Positions 62,370 through 64,000 of a stretch of 64,000 bases of DNA are shown piece after piece. Within the stretch, counting starts at the first letter, position 1. Every line of letters begins with the position of its first letter. The stretch is from Moniliella sp. 'wahieum' (lineage: Eukaryota), in contig RSEE01000041.1 of NCBI GenBank assembly GCA_003971905.1, positions 186,001 to 250,000 of the forward strand, given 5' to 3'. A program made the position numbers and the translations under genes. The notes beneath the pieces were generated by a model. That model worked only from the letters and a program-made list of their open reading frames with translations. It did not search any database and was not told the origin of the DNA.

Positions 62370-63935
62370 TTTCAAGCTTCAAGCTGTACTGAAGCAGCAT
62401 GCAGCGTGGACCTGGACCAATGTGAGTAGAGCATGACGTGCACGACGAGAGTGACGTGTTCAGCCCCAGCGCTCATCGAGCGCATCTCTAGCCGGGGGGG
62501 TCGATGAGATCGATCGTAGCCGGCGGTTTGGACGTGAGCCGGATGAATGCCGGAGTGGTAGGTGGTAGTGTATGGGATAGGGGAGACCCATAAACGCAAA
62601 GAACGACGTACACCAGCCTAGTGGACCCAGTTATGGATCTTAAAGCTTAACCCATAGCGGTGGCCATGAGGCATCGATGATGGAAGCTGGATGGTGGTGG
62701 CTATTGGCAAAGGCTGTGGCATGTGAACGAGAGTTGATTAATGATTCTGAATGTAGGGTATAGATGTAGGTACTCAAGTTACATATACACAGCGTCTCCT
62801 ATGCCAGCCGGGCTCACCGTTTGCTGACACAGCTGGGGGCCGTTGTGGGCATCGTTTTTGTGCGTGAAAAGTATGCGCTCCATTTCTTAGATCTGAGAGA
62901 TCTGATGAGATCTGAGATCTCCCGTGGGCCATGGTATGCGGTACGGCCTTTACCATTGTTGGGTATTGGTTGAGTCTAGTTATACTGGTTCCAGTTGCTA
63001 GGTGCTGTGGCTACCTGAAGGCCTGATATAGGATAGGCCTCATTACATTGACATATTATTGCACAGGTTGTACTGTTTTATGTCACATGTCAAGCTAGCG
63101 CATCCTCATGATGATGCATGATGGGTGTCACATGTCATCGCGTCATCAGTGTTTACGTTTACACAGTATCCGCCCTAGTATAGGCCTTGGCCTTACATAC
63201 AATCATAGCCAAACGTATCCGAACACCGCCGGTGTCCCTTTCAGGGCGATTGTGGCATGTGAGCGCCAGGCAGCTAAAGTGTATAAGGTGAACGCACCTT
63301 GAAAATTGACGCTACAGCGAAGCTCGACAACAGGGTGCTCACCAGTCGGTGACTGCCTTCGCCGTAGGTGCTGTTGAACGTACGTTGAACGTTGAACGTT
63401 GACTGAGCGAAATCTTCGTACTCACAGTGTACATCAATACTGCTTAGGCTGATATGCTGATGAGCTTTTAACCAGGGCCTCGGGGCTCATCGATCATCGT
63501 TTTCGCCAGCCACACAGCGCGTCACCGGCCTCAACGCACAGCAGTTTGGGTTTGAGAGTGGCACCACGATGAAGCTTGAAGCTTGACATAATGTTGACAC
63601 CTTGGACTTCCGCCGGCATCTGCACCACTTTTGTCAATACCGTGTTTCGCATCTCTCGCTCTGTCTAGTTACTTTGTTTGCCCCCTTTTCTAATGATCAC
63701 CTCTCTTCAACCTTCCAGCTTGATTAGCGTCATTCCGTACTGATGATCGAGAGACTTGTTTAGTCCTGGCGGTCCCCTCTTCGAGAGAGTGATGTCATCA
63801 CACTGGTGGTGGTGGTCGAAGCCATCCTACAGAGGAGCGTAAAGCTGACCACCGCCAGGGGCTATTAGGCTGCGGAACAAGGAAAACAGAAACGAGAAAA
63901 CAGAACTCCTATAGTAGGCCTGAGGCCTCTGAGGC
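62370..63935. repeat. Island of 7-bp-period palindrome-plus-spacer mini-arrays
   Basis: AGATCT x2 62908-62920, AACGTT x2 63388-63400, AAGCTT x2 63572-63584, AGGCCT x2 63916-63928. Confidence 0.88.
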
Positions 63936-64000
63936 TGAGGAGAGGGACTGAAGAAGGGACGTTGGCCACGAGCCACCCGCGATGGCTCAATACGCACGAC

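Overview
This is eukaryotic, GC-rich, gene-dense fungal DNA. Short GT-AG introns with CTGAC/CTAAC branch points and the protein sequences suggest a basidiomycete, though the lineage is inferred and not tested. About 22 recognisable genes are present: a Zn2Cys6 transcription factor, a WrbA/PST2 flavodoxin-like protein, an HCNGP-like protein, ARG1, ALO1-like, VPS35, a CorA/ALR-type Mg transporter, TRF4, SSN6/CYC8, a PCL-type cyclin, the complex I 75-kDa subunit, RPL23, a Tis11/Cth1-type tandem CCCH protein, an NAD-dependent hydroxyacid dehydrogenase, a BTB protein, SEC4, a PHD protein, a VWA protein, an intron-containing tRNA-Gln(UUG), a class I GATase-like protein, eIF3h and TFIIA-gamma. Almost every gene, including essential ones, is broken by single-base frameshifts. 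These look like long-read indel errors, so CDS limits are approximate. The most unusual signal is non-coding. The large intergenic regions (about 1-480, 23.1-23.9 kb, 26.3-28.15 kb, 40.4-41.55 kb and 62.35-64 kb) are packed with short 7-bp-period arrays whose unit is a palindromic hexamer A-NNNN-T plus one spacer base. About 13 different hexamers are used, different hexamers are chained in phase, and 4-, 8- and 10-bp A...T palindromes join through the same T-N-A junction. The conserved feature is therefore symmetry rather than sequence, which points to a fold-back/hairpin process or a structure-based regulatory code. I cannot confirm novelty without a search.
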